This document shows positions 1-9,097 of a DNA stretch of 60,438 nucleotides, piece after piece. The notes beneath the pieces were generated by a model that was given only the letters and a program-made list of their open reading frames with translations, was not told where the DNA came from and did no database searches. The position numbers and the translations under genes were made by a program. The stretch's first letter is position 1. Every line of letters begins with the position of its first letter. The stretch comes from Thermoanaerobaculia bacterium (GTDB lineage Bacteria > Acidobacteriota > Thermoanaerobaculia > UBA5066 > Gp7-AA6): positions 1 through 60,438 of the forward strand of contig JBHENW010000200.1 of NCBI GenBank assembly GCA_046261875.1. Direction: 5' to 3'.

Positions 1-471
1 CCGGAGGGTCGCCATGGTGATCGCCGCCTCGGCCGCCTCCGCGCCTTTTCCCGTTCGGGAGCGCGCCTGCTCCATCGTGTCGCAAGTCAGCAAGCCGAAG
101 CCGATCGGTACGCCCGAGTCCGCGGAGAGCCGGGCCAGGGCTCCCGCGACCGCGTGCGCGAGGACCTCGTGGTGCGTCGTCTCCCCCCGCACGATGGCGC
201 CCAGGGCCACGATGGCATCGCTCCGTGCGGCGACCGCTCGGGCGGCCGCCGGGAGCTCGAAGGCGCCGGGGACCCGAAGGATGGTGACGTCGGAGGCGCG
301 AGCTCCATGGCGCTCCAGCGCCTCGAGGCAGGACCGGAGGAGTGCCTCGGTCACGGTCGGATTCCATCGGGCGCAGAGCACGGCGATGCGCAGACCTTTC
401 GCATGGAGATCACCCTCCCGCTCTTTTGGGGAGAAGGACGACGGAAGGCGGCGGAGGGAGCGGACCGTCAC
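1..471 (-). CDS. ribH: 6,7-dimethyl-8-ribityllumazine synthase (3' end runs off window)
   Basis: Not in the ORF track. Manual minus-strand translation gives KGLRIAVLCARWN...RVPGAFELP...VALGAIVRGETTHHE...GVPIGFGLLTCDTMEQA...GKGAEAAEAAITMA. The GTG start at 471 is approximate. Confidence 0.9.
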   Translation of the reverse strand, partial: MTVRSLRRLPSSFSPKEREGDLHAKGLRIAVLCARWNPTVTEALLRSCLEALERHGARASDVTILRVPGAFELPAAARAVAARSDAIVALGAIVRGETTHHEVLAHAVAGALARLSADSGVPIGFGLLTCDTMEQARSRTGKGAEAAEAAITMATLR

Positions 472-496
472 GGAAGGGCCTCTTCGAGAGGGGATG

Positions 497-502
497 ATTC
501 TA
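497..502 (-). promoter_or_regulatory. Candidate sigma70 -10 element (TAGAAT) upstream of ribH
   Basis: TAGAAT on the minus strand, overlapping the stop codon of the PfkB kinase gene, about 25 nt before the ribH start. Confidence 0.35.
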
Positions 503-1504
503 ACCCGGCGCCGCCGCGCTTTCCGCCAGCCGCGCGAGGCGGGACTGGGGCCCGAAGTTGCGCTCGTACCGCGCGATGAACTCCTGCATGGTGTAGCGGG
601 GCGGCTGCGGCCCCTGCGCTTCGAGGGCGATGACCGCGGCCGTGCTCCCCATCCGCCCGGCGACCTCCCACGGCAATCCCAGGCGGACGCCGCGGATGAG
701 CCCCGCGCGGAAGGCGTCCCCGACGCCCGTCGGCTCCACGGATGCGCTCTCGACCCTGGCGGCGGGGATGTCGTGGCGTTGCCGTCCGCTCTTCCCGGCC
801 ACCGAGATCGTGGAGCCGTCTGACCCGTGCGTGATGACCGTGACGGGGACGCGCTCCTCCACCTGCTCTCTCGTGAGCCCGGTCTTCTGCGTCAGGATGC
901 CCGACTCGTAGTCGTTCATGACGAGCGCCCAGGCGCCGCTCAGTCCCTCGAGCAGCTCTTCTCCCGAGAGGCGAGCGACCTGCTGGCTCGGATCGTAGAG
1001 GAACGGAATCTCCAGGCGCCGGCACTCCCCCGTGTACCGGCGCATCGCCTCCGGATCGTTTGGCGAGACCAGCACGATCGCCGGCCGCGCGCCGGCGACC
1101 GATTCGAGGGAGAGCTCGCGCGCGCGGGCCATCGCGCCGGTGTAGAAGGATGCGAGCTGGTTCTGGTCGCTGTCGGTGGAAACGAAGAAGGACGCGGTGA
1201 AGAGATCCTCCTGGAGCACGAGCCACCGCACGTCGACCCCTTCCGCCGCCAGCCGCTGCCGGTAGTCGGCGGCGTCCAGACCGGCGGTCGCGAAGATCAC
1301 GGGGGCGTCGCCGAGCACGGCGAGGCCGTAGGCGATGTTCGGCGCGCAGCCGCCCGGGACCCGGCGCATTTCGTCCACGAGGAAGGAGACCGACAGACGC
1401 GAGAGCCGGTCCGGGATCAGGTGCTCGACGAACCGTCCGGGGAACCGCATCAGGTAGTCGAAAGCCACCGAGCCGGTGACGACGACGGGACCGGCGCCCC
1501 TCAC
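500..1504 (-). CDS. PfkB-family carbohydrate/nucleoside kinase (adenosine kinase-like)
   Basis: GSVAFDYLM, PGGCAPNIAY and the C-terminal PfkB motif EPTGVGDAFRAG. GTGA overlap with the mtnP stop. Confidence 0.85.
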   Translation of the reverse strand: MRGAGPVVVTGSVAFDYLMRFPGRFVEHLIPDRLSRLSVSFLVDEMRRVPGGCAPNIAYGLAVLGDAPVIFATAGLDAADYRQRLAAEGVDVRWLVLQEDLFTASFFVSTDSDQNQLASFYTGAMARARELSLESVAGARPAIVLVSPNDPEAMRRYTGECRRLEIPFLYDPSQQVARLSGEELLEGLSGAWALVMNDYESGILTQKTGLTREQVEERVPVTVITHGSDGSTISVAGKSGRQRHDIPAARVESASVEPTGVGDAFRAGLIRGVRLGLPWEVAGRMGSTAAVIALEAQGPQPPRYTMQEFIARYERNFGPQSRLARLAESAAAPG

Positions 1505-2358
1505 AGGCGGCCGGAGAGAAGGGGTCCGAGTCGCCCCCGGGCGGCCTCGGGAATGGCCCCGCGCTCGGTGATCACCGCGAGACGGAGGGCGCCGCGGCAG
1601 CCGCAGGCGCGCGCCGGATCCACGCGGGCCACGGCCGACGCCAGTGTCCGGCGCGCCGCCTCCGCGTTGTCCCTCAGGACCCCGAGCAGCGCTTCGACCG
1701 AGACGGCCTCCGTCGCCTCCCGCCAGCAGTCGTAGTCGGTCACCAGGGCGAGCGTCGCATAGCAGATCTCCGCTTCGCGCGCCAGCTTCGCCTCGGTCAG
1801 GTTCGTCATGCCGATCACGTCCGCCCCCCAGGAGCGGTAGAGGCGGGATTCAGCGCGGGTCGAGAACTGCGGCCCCTCCATGCACACGTATGTTCCGCCG
1901 CCGTGAGTCGTCAGGCCCGCCTCGCGGGCCGAGGCCACGAGCGCGCCGGCGAGGGCCGGACAGACCGGATCGGCGAAAGCCACGTGGGCGGCGACGCCGT
2001 CTCCAAAGAAGGTGTCCGGACGATGCCGCGTGCGGTCGATGAACTGGTCGGGGACGACGGCATGGCGCGGCGCGTAGCGCTCCTGGAGGCTTCCGACCGC
2101 TGAGGCCGAGAGGACGGCGTCGCAGCCGAGCAACTTGAAGCCGAAGAGGTTCGCGCGGTAGTTGATCTCGCTCGGGAGCAGCCGGTGCCCTCTTCCGTGA
2201 CGGGCGAGGAAGGCGACGGGCCGCCCGCTCAGGCGTCCCGTGAAGAAGGCGTCCGAGGGCGCTCCGAAGGGGGTCTCCAGCCGCTCCTCCCGGAGGTCCT
2301 GCACGGACGCGAGGTCGTAGACGCCGCTGCCTCCGAGCAGCCCGATCCGGGCGCTCAA
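1501..2358 (-). CDS. mtnP: S-methyl-5'-thioadenosine phosphorylase
   Basis: RIGLLGGSG, FLARHGRGH, PDQFIDRT, EGPQFSTRAES, IGMT, LVTDYDCW. TTG start at 2358 overlaps the upstream stop (TTGA). Confidence 0.9.
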   Translation of the reverse strand: MSARIGLLGGSGVYDLASVQDLREERLETPFGAPSDAFFTGRLSGRPVAFLARHGRGHRLLPSEINYRANLFGFKLLGCDAVLSASAVGSLQERYAPRHAVVPDQFIDRTRHRPDTFFGDGVAAHVAFADPVCPALAGALVASAREAGLTTHGGGTYVCMEGPQFSTRAESRLYRSWGADVIGMTNLTEAKLAREAEICYATLALVTDYDCWREATEAVSVEALLGVLRDNAEAARRTLASAVARVDPARACGCRGALRLAVITERGAIPEAARGRLGPLLSGRL

Positions 2359-3320
2359 GCGCGGACCTCTTCGGCTGCGCGGCGGTACTCGGAAATGGCC
2401 TCGAGCACCCGGTGCGCGAGGACGAGCGCATCGCGCCCCTCGCCACCGGGCACGAGCGGTTCGGTGCGCTGCCGGACCGCCCGGAGGAAGTCCCCGAGCT
2501 GCCGGGCGAGCGGCTCCTCCGGGACGACGGAGACCTCGACGGGCACGATCTCCGGGCGGCCGCTCTCCTGGCTCAGACGGAAAGCGGCGAGAGAGCGCGC
2601 CTGCATGTCGACCGACACGTAGAGCGAGGCGGCGAAGACGCGGCACTTCCGCGCCCGGCCCATCGAGACGCGCGAGGCGGTCAGGTTGGCGACGCAGCCT
2701 CCCTCGAAAGCGATGCGCGCGTTGGCGATGTCCAGCCGGGGGGTGAGGACCGGAACGCCGGCGGCGCGGATTTCGACGACCGGCCGGCCCACCATCGTCC
2801 GAACGATCTGCAGGTCATGGATCATGAGGTCGAGGACCACGTCGATGTCCAGGCTCCGGGGAGAGAACGTCCCGAGGCGATGGACCTCGATGAACCGAGG
2901 CTCCGAAACGAGGCGGAGGGCCGCCTCGACGGCCGGGTTGTGACGCTCGATGTGTCCCACCTGCAGAATTCGCCGATGCCGGCGCGCCCTCGCCACGAGC
3001 TCGTCGGCCTCCGCGACGGTAACGGTGATGGGCTTCTCGACGAGGACGTCGATTCCGCGATCGAGGAAGAACCCCCCCACCTCGGCGTGGGAGGAGGTCG
3101 GCGTGGCGACGATGACCGCCTCCGCGGCGGCGGCGACCTCCTCGAGCGACCCGAGGACCGCGAGTCCCTGCGAGGCCGCGACTTCTTCGGCGCGGCCTTC
3201 GTGGTGGTCGTGCACGCCGACGAAGTCCACGCCGGAGGCCTGCGAGGCGACGCGCGCGTGCTGCCGGCCGAGGTGTCCCACGCCCACGACGGCGAGGCGG
3301 ATCCGCCGCGGACTCGTCAA
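2355..3320 (-). CDS. Gfo/Idh/MocA oxidoreductase (GnnA-like UDP-GlcNAc 3-dehydrogenase candidate)
   Basis: GVGHLG Rossmann motif, VLVEKP, QVGHIERHNP, DVVLDLMIHD. Lies directly downstream of lpxA. Confidence 0.8.
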   Translation of the reverse strand: MTSPRRIRLAVVGVGHLGRQHARVASQASGVDFVGVHDHHEGRAEEVAASQGLAVLGSLEEVAAAAEAVIVATPTSSHAEVGGFFLDRGIDVLVEKPITVTVAEADELVARARRHRRILQVGHIERHNPAVEAALRLVSEPRFIEVHRLGTFSPRSLDIDVVLDLMIHDLQIVRTMVGRPVVEIRAAGVPVLTPRLDIANARIAFEGGCVANLTASRVSMGRARKCRVFAASLYVSVDMQARSLAAFRLSQESGRPEIVPVEVSVVPEEPLARQLGDFLRAVRQRTEPLVPGGEGRDALVLAHRVLEAISEYRRAAEEVRA

Positions 3321-3348
3321 TGCACGAAGCGGAGAACCGGAGTGTCGG

Positions 3349-4131
3349 TCACTTGTGAAACCCGCGCTTGCTCTCCCGGATGAACCGCGCGAGCCGCTCG
3401 ACGTCCGGCTGCCCCGGCAGCTCCGACTCCATGCGTTCGAGCGCCTGGGTCGTGTTCAGCTTGGACTTGCGCAGGAAGCGGTAGGCCTTCTGCAACGCCT
3501 CGATCCGCTCGTCGGAGAAACCGTTGCGGCGCAGTCCCACGAGGTTCAGGCCGTAGGTCTTCGGCTCCGTCACGCCGTCGGTCCGGCAGAACGGCAGGAC
3601 GTCCTGGCGCCCCATCGTGTAGGCGCCGACGAAAGCGTGGTCGCCGATCCGGACGAACTGGTGGAACCCGGAGAACGCGCCGAGTACGACCCCGTCACCG
3701 ACCTCGATGTGCCCGGCGAGCGCCGCGTAATTCGCGAAGACGCATTGCGATCCGACTCGGCAGTCGTGGGCCACGTGGGTGTAGGCCATGAAGTAGTTGT
3801 CGTTCCCGACCGACGTCTCCGTCCGTCCGGTCGGAGTTCCGCGGTGCACCGTCGAGAACTCGCGGAAGACGTTGCGGTCGCCGACGAGGAGGCGCGTCGG
3901 CTCCCCGCGGTACCGCACGTCCTGCGGTTCCCCTCCGAGCAGCGCGTGATCGAAGATCCGGTTCTCCCGGCCGATCGTCGCGGGGCCCTGGAGAGACACG
4001 TGGGCGCCGATGCGCGTCCGCGCCCCGACGCGGACGTCGTCTCCCACGACCGCGTAGGGACCCACCTCGACGTCGTCCTCCAGCTCCGCCCGGGGCGAGA
4101 TGACGGCCGTGGCGTGGACCGTCGCGGTCAC
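3349..4131 (-). CDS. lpxA: Acyl-ACP--UDP-N-acetylglucosamine O-acyltransferase
   Basis: Hexapeptide repeats, [34 protein letters not shown] start at 4131 overlaps the fabZ stop. Confidence 0.95.
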   Translation of the reverse strand: MTATVHATAVISPRAELEDDVEVGPYAVVGDDVRVGARTRIGAHVSLQGPATIGRENRIFDHALLGGEPQDVRYRGEPTRLLVGDRNVFREFSTVHRGTPTGRTETSVGNDNYFMAYTHVAHDCRVGSQCVFANYAALAGHIEVGDGVVLGAFSGFHQFVRIGDHAFVGAYTMGRQDVLPFCRTDGVTEPKTYGLNLVGLRRNGFSDERIEALQKAYRFLRKSKLNTTQALERMESELPGQPDVERLARFIRESKRGFHK

Positions 4132-4565
4132 GGCCGGTCCACCATCGTCGAAGTCAGGTCCGCTTCGGCGCACAGAGCCCCTTCCACCCTGGCGACCGCG
4201 TGGCATTTGCAGACGTTCATCTTCCAGTTCGTGATCTCCACCTCGAGCCGGAGCTGGTCTCCCGGCACGACCGGCTTGCGAAACCGGCAGCGGTCCACGC
4301 CGCTGAAGAGGAGCAGCTTCTTCTCCGGCTCGGCGATCGTCCCGATCAGCCCCACGGCGCCGACCTGCGCCATGGCTTCGAGAATGAGAACGCCGGGCAT
4401 CACGGGGTTCCCTGGAAAGTGCCCCTGGAAGAACTCTTCGTTGTAGGTCACGTTCTTGATCCCGACGATCCTCTTTCCGGGCTCCAGCTCGAGGATCCGG
4501 TCGACGAGCAGGAAGGGATACCGGTGCGGGAGAAGCTTGAGGATGTCCTGGATTCCGAGCTCCAT
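4128..4565 (-). CDS. fabZ: 3-hydroxyacyl-ACP dehydratase
   Basis: [35 protein letters not shown]. Confidence 0.97.
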   Translation of the reverse strand: MELGIQDILKLLPHRYPFLLVDRILELEPGKRIVGIKNVTYNEEFFQGHFPGNPVMPGVLILEAMAQVGAVGLIGTIAEPEKKLLLFSGVDRCRFRKPVVPGDQLRLEVEITNWKMNVCKCHAVARVEGALCAEADLTSTMVDRP

Positions 4566-4569
4566 CGCG

Positions 4570-5661
4570 TCAGTCCCCTTCCAGCTCCGCCAGCCGCTCT
4601 TCGAGGGCCTGCAGCCTCCGGATCATGTCGGGCAGGCGGCCCACGAGGGCCGCGCGGCGGAGAAACTCGCGATGCGGGATGGACGGCAGTCCGGAGACCG
4701 CCACCCCGGCCGGAACGTTAGCCGACACGCCGGTCCCCCCGGTCGCTGTCGACCCGTCGCCCATCTCGAGGTGATCCGCCACGCCCGCCTGTCCCGCGAG
4801 AGTTACCCGCCGGCCGAGGCGGACGGAACCCGCAATGCCGACTTGTCCGCAGAGGACCGAGTGCTCGCCGATCTGGACGTTGTGGCCGACCTGGACGAGG
4901 TTGTCGATCTTCGTTCCCCGGCCGACGGCGGTCTCGCCGAGCGTGGCGCGGTCCACGCACGCGTTGGCGCCGACCTCCACGTCGTCTTCCAGGCGCACGA
5001 TGCCCACCTGCGGGACCTTTCGGTGGACCGATCCGTCCCACACGTAGCCGAAGCCGTCGGAGCCGATGACCGCGCCGGGATGGAGGATGCAGCGGTCGCC
5101 GATACGGCACCGTTCGAGCACGACGGCGTGCGGGTAGAGGAGACAGTCCTCGCCGATCTCGACCTCCTCGCCGAGAAATACGCCCTCCCCGATCACCGTC
5201 CGCGCGCCCACGCGCGCCCGTGCGGAGATCGTCGCGCCGGCCGCGACCGACGCCGACCGCGCGACGGAGGCGGAGGAGGCCACGCGGGCCCCGCGCGCCA
5301 CGCCGGGCCGGGGCCGGCGCCGGGGCTGGAGCGCCTCGAGGCAGACGGCGAACGCCAGTTGCGGGTGCGGAGCGACGATGGCCGGTTTGCCGGAGGCATC
5401 CTCGGCTGCCCGGACGATCAGAGCGCCGGCGCCGCTCGCGGCGGCTTTCCCGGCCCGACGCGAGTCCGCGACCCAGGAAAGGTCGTCCGCGCGCGCCTGT
5501 TCGAGCGACTGGGCGCCCGATATCCGTTTGGCCGCATCACCTGACACCCGCCCGCCGACGAGCTCGGCGAGCTCTCCGAGCGTGCGGAAAGGCTTTCGGG
5601 GCGCGCGAGGCTCGGAAGGAGTCCGCGCGGCCGCAGCCGAAGAACGCTTTGCGGGCTTCAC
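4570..5661 (-). CDS. lpxD: UDP-3-O-(3-hydroxyacyl)glucosamine N-acyltransferase
   Basis: Hexapeptide repeats, GSDGFGY, KVPQVG, EVGANACVDRA, KIDNLVQVGHNV. Confidence 0.95.
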   Translation of the reverse strand: MKPAKRSSAAAARTPSEPRAPRKPFRTLGELAELVGGRVSGDAAKRISGAQSLEQARADDLSWVADSRRAGKAAASGAGALIVRAAEDASGKPAIVAPHPQLAFAVCLEALQPRRRPRPGVARGARVASSASVARSASVAAGATISARARVGARTVIGEGVFLGEEVEIGEDCLLYPHAVVLERCRIGDRCILHPGAVIGSDGFGYVWDGSVHRKVPQVGIVRLEDDVEVGANACVDRATLGETAVGRGTKIDNLVQVGHNVQIGEHSVLCGQVGIAGSVRLGRRVTLAGQAGVADHLEMGDGSTATGGTGVSANVPAGVAVSGLPSIPHREFLRRAALVGRLPDMIRRLQALEERLAELEGD

Positions 5662-5723
5662 GCGGACGGGATAGTAGCGTGGATGGCCCGTCGTCGGGCC
5701 GCGACCGTCCTGCGCGCCGGGGT

Positions 5724-6344
5724 CTAGTTCTTCCTCGGAGCGGGCGTTGGCGACGGACCGGCCGCGGCGGCCGGCGCCGGCTTGGCGGCCGGGGGCACGG
5801 CGACCGTCGTGTTGAACCGCCGCAGGACGTCGTCGGTCACGTCCGCCGCGTCGTCGGCAAAGACCAGCCCCGACTGGAACTTGTTGAAGATCATCGTGAA
5901 GCCCTTCTCGCGGCCGACCTGCGCGATGACGGGCATCACGCGCCGCTCGAGCTCGGCGAGCTCCTTCTTCTGCTGCTGGTCTAGCTCGCGGGTGGCGTCT
6001 TCGTTGAAGCGCTTGAAGGACATCGCCTTCTCCTGGTACTGCTTCTGGAGCGCTTCGCGCTTGTCGTCAGCCAGCGACTGACCCTGGTCCGCGAGCTTCT
6101 GTTCCATCTCGCGGATCTCTTTGGCGAGCTTCTCGGCCTCGCCCTTCTTCGAATCGTTGATCCTCTTGAGCCGAGCGAACGCTTCCTTTCCCAGCGCCGA
6201 GTCGCGCACGAGGCGCTCGACGTCGATGACGGCCACGCGCAGTCCGCCCGCGGCGGCGGCCGGAGCCGTCTTCGGCGGCGGGGTCTGGCCTTGCGCGGCC
6301 GCGGCGGCGAAGGCCGCCAGAAGCACGATCGCGATGCGTTTCAT
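5724..6344 (-). CDS. skp: OmpH/Skp periplasmic chaperone
   Basis: Signal peptide MKRIAIVLLAAFAAAAA, RVAVIDVERLV, coiled coil, GLVFADDAADVTDDVL. Lies between bamA and lpxD. Confidence 0.9.
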   Translation of the reverse strand: MKRIAIVLLAAFAAAAAQGQTPPPKTAPAAAAGGLRVAVIDVERLVRDSALGKEAFARLKRINDSKKGEAEKLAKEIREMEQKLADQGQSLADDKREALQKQYQEKAMSFKRFNEDATRELDQQQKKELAELERRVMPVIAQVGREKGFTMIFNKFQSGLVFADDAADVTDDVLRRFNTTVAVPPAAKPAPAAAAGPSPTPAPRKN

Positions 6345-6454
6345 GCGAACTCCTTCATTCCCTGTCCGGGAAAAGCGCGACATCTTAGCAAAGCCTCCGG
6401 CGTCCGAAAACATCTCCCGGGAAGGGGTCATTCCTCCCCGCCGGGCCGCTCCCC

Positions 6455-8989
6455 TCAGAAGGTCCGGCCGATGGAGAAGTCGAAGCCGGCGCGCCGCTCC
6501 TGCAGGGACCGGATCGGGAAGCCGAACTGGTCGATCGGAGTCTTCGGATCCAGGTTGAACGAATAGATGAAACGCAGCGGCTGCTGGAAGATCGGAAGGA
6601 AGATGCGCAGCTCCGCCCCGACCGAGGTCCGGATGCGCGTGGGGTCGAAGGCCTGGCTTTCGTGGTACGTGTTGCCGACGTCCACGAAGGCCAGCAGCTT
6701 GGCGGGACCGATCGTCACGAAAACGTACTCGACGTTGAGCACGAAGTATTTGTCGCCCCCGAGGATCCGGCCGGCTTCGTCGGTGAAGATCTGATCCTCG
6801 TCGGTCAGCGGGAGCACGGATCCGCTCCGGAATCCGCGCAAGCTCTGCTCGCCCCCGATCTGCCACCGCTCGAAGATCGGGATCTCTTCGCCGCCGAAGG
6901 GCGCCACGTATCCTCCTTCCACGTTCAGCCCGAGGTAGGAGCGGCGCGGGAAGGGCATCCGGATGTAACCCGAGGCGCCGAGGATCGGCTTGACGAAGGA
7001 GTTGCTGCCTCCGAGGAAACTCCCGGCCAGCTGCGATGAGGCAAAGAAGCGGTAACCGCCGCTCGGGTCGAACGGGTCGTTGCGGCTGTCGTATCGATAG
7101 CCGGGGGTGAACGAGGACGTCCGCCCGGTCACGCGAGTGAGCTTCTCCGGCGGGGCCGGCTGCCCGGGAGGAACGGGAGCCCCGCGCGCGGGGAAATTGG
7201 ACCGGATGTCCTCGTACTGGTAGATCAGCGACCAGCCGTCGAAAAGTCCGAGTCCCCTCCCGTAGAAGATGTTCCCGCCCTGCCGCCGCTCGTCGATGTC
7301 GAGAAACGAGTAATCGACGGTGCGCTGGTAGATCGAAACACCGATCGTCTGGTTCTTGTCCATGAACCAGGGGATCGTGTACGAGAGGTCGTAGTAATCC
7401 GAGATCCGTCCGAGCTGCGCGGAGGCGCCGAGGATCTCGCCGCGCCCGAGAAAGTTTCGCGTCTGGAAGGAGAACTGCCCGAAGAAACCGTCCAGCGCCG
7501 AGTACCCCGCGCCGAACTGGATCTCGTTCTTGGACGTCTCGGTCCCCTTGACCGTCAGGTCCACCTTTTTCTCTTCACGGCGTACCTGGAAGTCCGGCTC
7601 TTCCGTGACCTTGAAGTACCCGAGCTGCTGGAGCTTCAGGAGGCTCTTCTTGATCGCCTCCATGTTCATCACGTCGCCTTCGTCCAGCGCGAACTCACGG
7701 CGGATCACCTTGTCGCGCGTGACCGTGTTGCCCTGCACCTCGAGGCGGCCGAGGTAGTACTTGTCCCCCTCGAACAGCCTCACGTCGACGTCCACCCGGT
7801 TGCTGCCCACCTCCCGGTACTGCGGATCGGCGAACCAGAAGATGTAGCCGCGGGACTTGTATCGCGTCTCGATCCGCGACAGGGCTTCGGTGAGGCGGTT
7901 CCGGTTCAGGACCGAGCCGGGGGGAAGCTCCCCGAACTCCGCCAGGATGACCTCGCGCGGTATGACGAGCGCGCCCTGGTCCTCTGCCGGCTCCCCGCGC
8001 TCGTTCATCTTGATGACCTGGAAGTTTCCGGTGAAGAACTGCTCCCCCTCGACGACGGGGATCGTGATGCGGACCCGGCGCTTGCGCCGCTTCTCGCTCG
8101 CCTCCGGGTTCTTCACGAAGACGTCGAGCTGCGGGTCCTTGACGACGACGTCCTTGTAACCCCGCGAGTGATAGACCGCCTTGAGGTTCTCGACGTCCTC
8201 TTCGTAGTTGGCCTGGCTGTAGGTCGTCTTGTCCGACGCGATGCGCCAGAAGGCGTTGACCTTCGTCTTCTTCATCGCCCGCCGCAGGCGTCCGTCGGAA
8301 ACGACGGAGTTCCCCTCGAACGTGATCGACTCGATCTTGACCTTGTCCCCTTCGTCGATCGCGAAGACGACTTTCTTCTCGGTCTTCGAGAGATCCTCGA
8401 TGGAGAAATCGACCGTCGCACTCCGGTAGCCCTGCTGGAGGTAGTAGTCGGCGATCGCGGTGCGGGTCCGCGCGATGTCACGCAGGGAGAGCGGCGCCCC
8501 CTCCTTGATCTCGACCTTCTCCTCCTTGAGACGGTCCTTGATCTGCGAAGTCGAGAGCTTGCGGTTGCCGGAGAACTCGACCGTCTTGATCGTGGGTCGT
8601 TCCTCGACGGTCACCACCAGCGTGACACCGGCCGCCGAGGGCTCGGCTTCGATGGAGATGTTCTCGAGCAGCCCGACGTCCCAGAGCGCCTGGAAGCGCG
8701 CGCGGATCTTCTCGGGGTCGTACGGGTCGCCGACGCGGATGCCGAGGTAGTGGCCGATCGTCTCGGGAGACACGGTCTGGTAACCCACGACGCGGATCCC
8801 AACGATCGGCGGAGCCGGCTCGGCCGCCACCGTGGCTGCCAGGTTCTGAGGCGCGATCTGGCCGGGAGGCTGGGGCGCCGCCGGAGCCCCGGGGACGGGG
8901 GTGGGAATGGGGGCGGGCTGCTGGGCGAGCCCGAAAGCGGAGCCCACCATCAACCCGAGGGCCGCGGCCACGAGTGTCTTGAACATCAA
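6455..8989 (-). CDS. bamA: Outer membrane protein assembly factor BamA
   Basis: POTRA repeats (GNTVTRDKVIRRE), beta-barrel, LRGF loop, C-terminal FDFSIGRTF. Confidence 0.95.
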   Translation of the reverse strand: MMFKTLVAAALGLMVGSAFGLAQQPAPIPTPVPGAPAAPQPPGQIAPQNLAATVAAEPAPPIVGIRVVGYQTVSPETIGHYLGIRVGDPYDPEKIRARFQALWDVGLLENISIEAEPSAAGVTLVVTVEERPTIKTVEFSGNRKLSTSQIKDRLKEEKVEIKEGAPLSLRDIARTRTAIADYYLQQGYRSATVDFSIEDLSKTEKKVVFAIDEGDKVKIESITFEGNSVVSDGRLRRAMKKTKVNAFWRIASDKTTYSQANYEEDVENLKAVYHSRGYKDVVVKDPQLDVFVKNPEASEKRRKRRVRITIPVVEGEQFFTGNFQVIKMNERGEPAEDQGALVIPREVILAEFGELPPGSVLNRNRLTEALSRIETRYKSRGYIFWFADPQYREVGSNRVDVDVRLFEGDKYYLGRLEVQGNTVTRDKVIRREFALDEGDVMNMEAIKKSLLKLQQLGYFKVTEEPDFQVRREEKKVDLTVKGTETSKNEIQFGAGYSALDGFFGQFSFQTRNFLGRGEILGASAQLGRISDYYDLSYTIPWFMDKNQTIGVSIYQRTVDYSFLDIDERRQGGNIFYGRGLGLFDGWSLIYQYEDIRSNFPARGAPVPPGQPAPPEKLTRVTGRTSSFTPGYRYDSRNDPFDPSGGYRFFASSQLAGSFLGGSNSFVKPILGASGYIRMPFPRRSYLGLNVEGGYVAPFGGEEIPIFERWQIGGEQSLRGFRSGSVLPLTDEDQIFTDEAGRILGGDKYFVLNVEYVFVTIGPAKLLAFVDVGNTYHESQAFDPTRIRTSVGAELRIFLPIFQQPLRFIYSFNLDPKTPIDQFGFPIRSLQERRAGFDFSIGRTF

Positions 8990-9097
8990 GCAGTTGGCTC
9001 GCGCGGCCGGTAGCGTGGTCCGCGACGGAAAAACTCTTCCTTTCCCCTTTCTCCGAATCCTATTAAACGGCCGGGCCGGCCGGGACTATTTCTCGGG

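Noticed and set aside
472-500. FMN riboswitch upstream of ribH
   Set aside because: Only about 30 nt of intergenic space and no RFN consensus. None is evident upstream of ribF either.
14-823. 269-aa plus-strand ORF at the window start
   Set aside because: Antisense to ribH and the PfkB kinase. The real gene (ribH) is on the minus strand and missing from the track because it runs off the edge.
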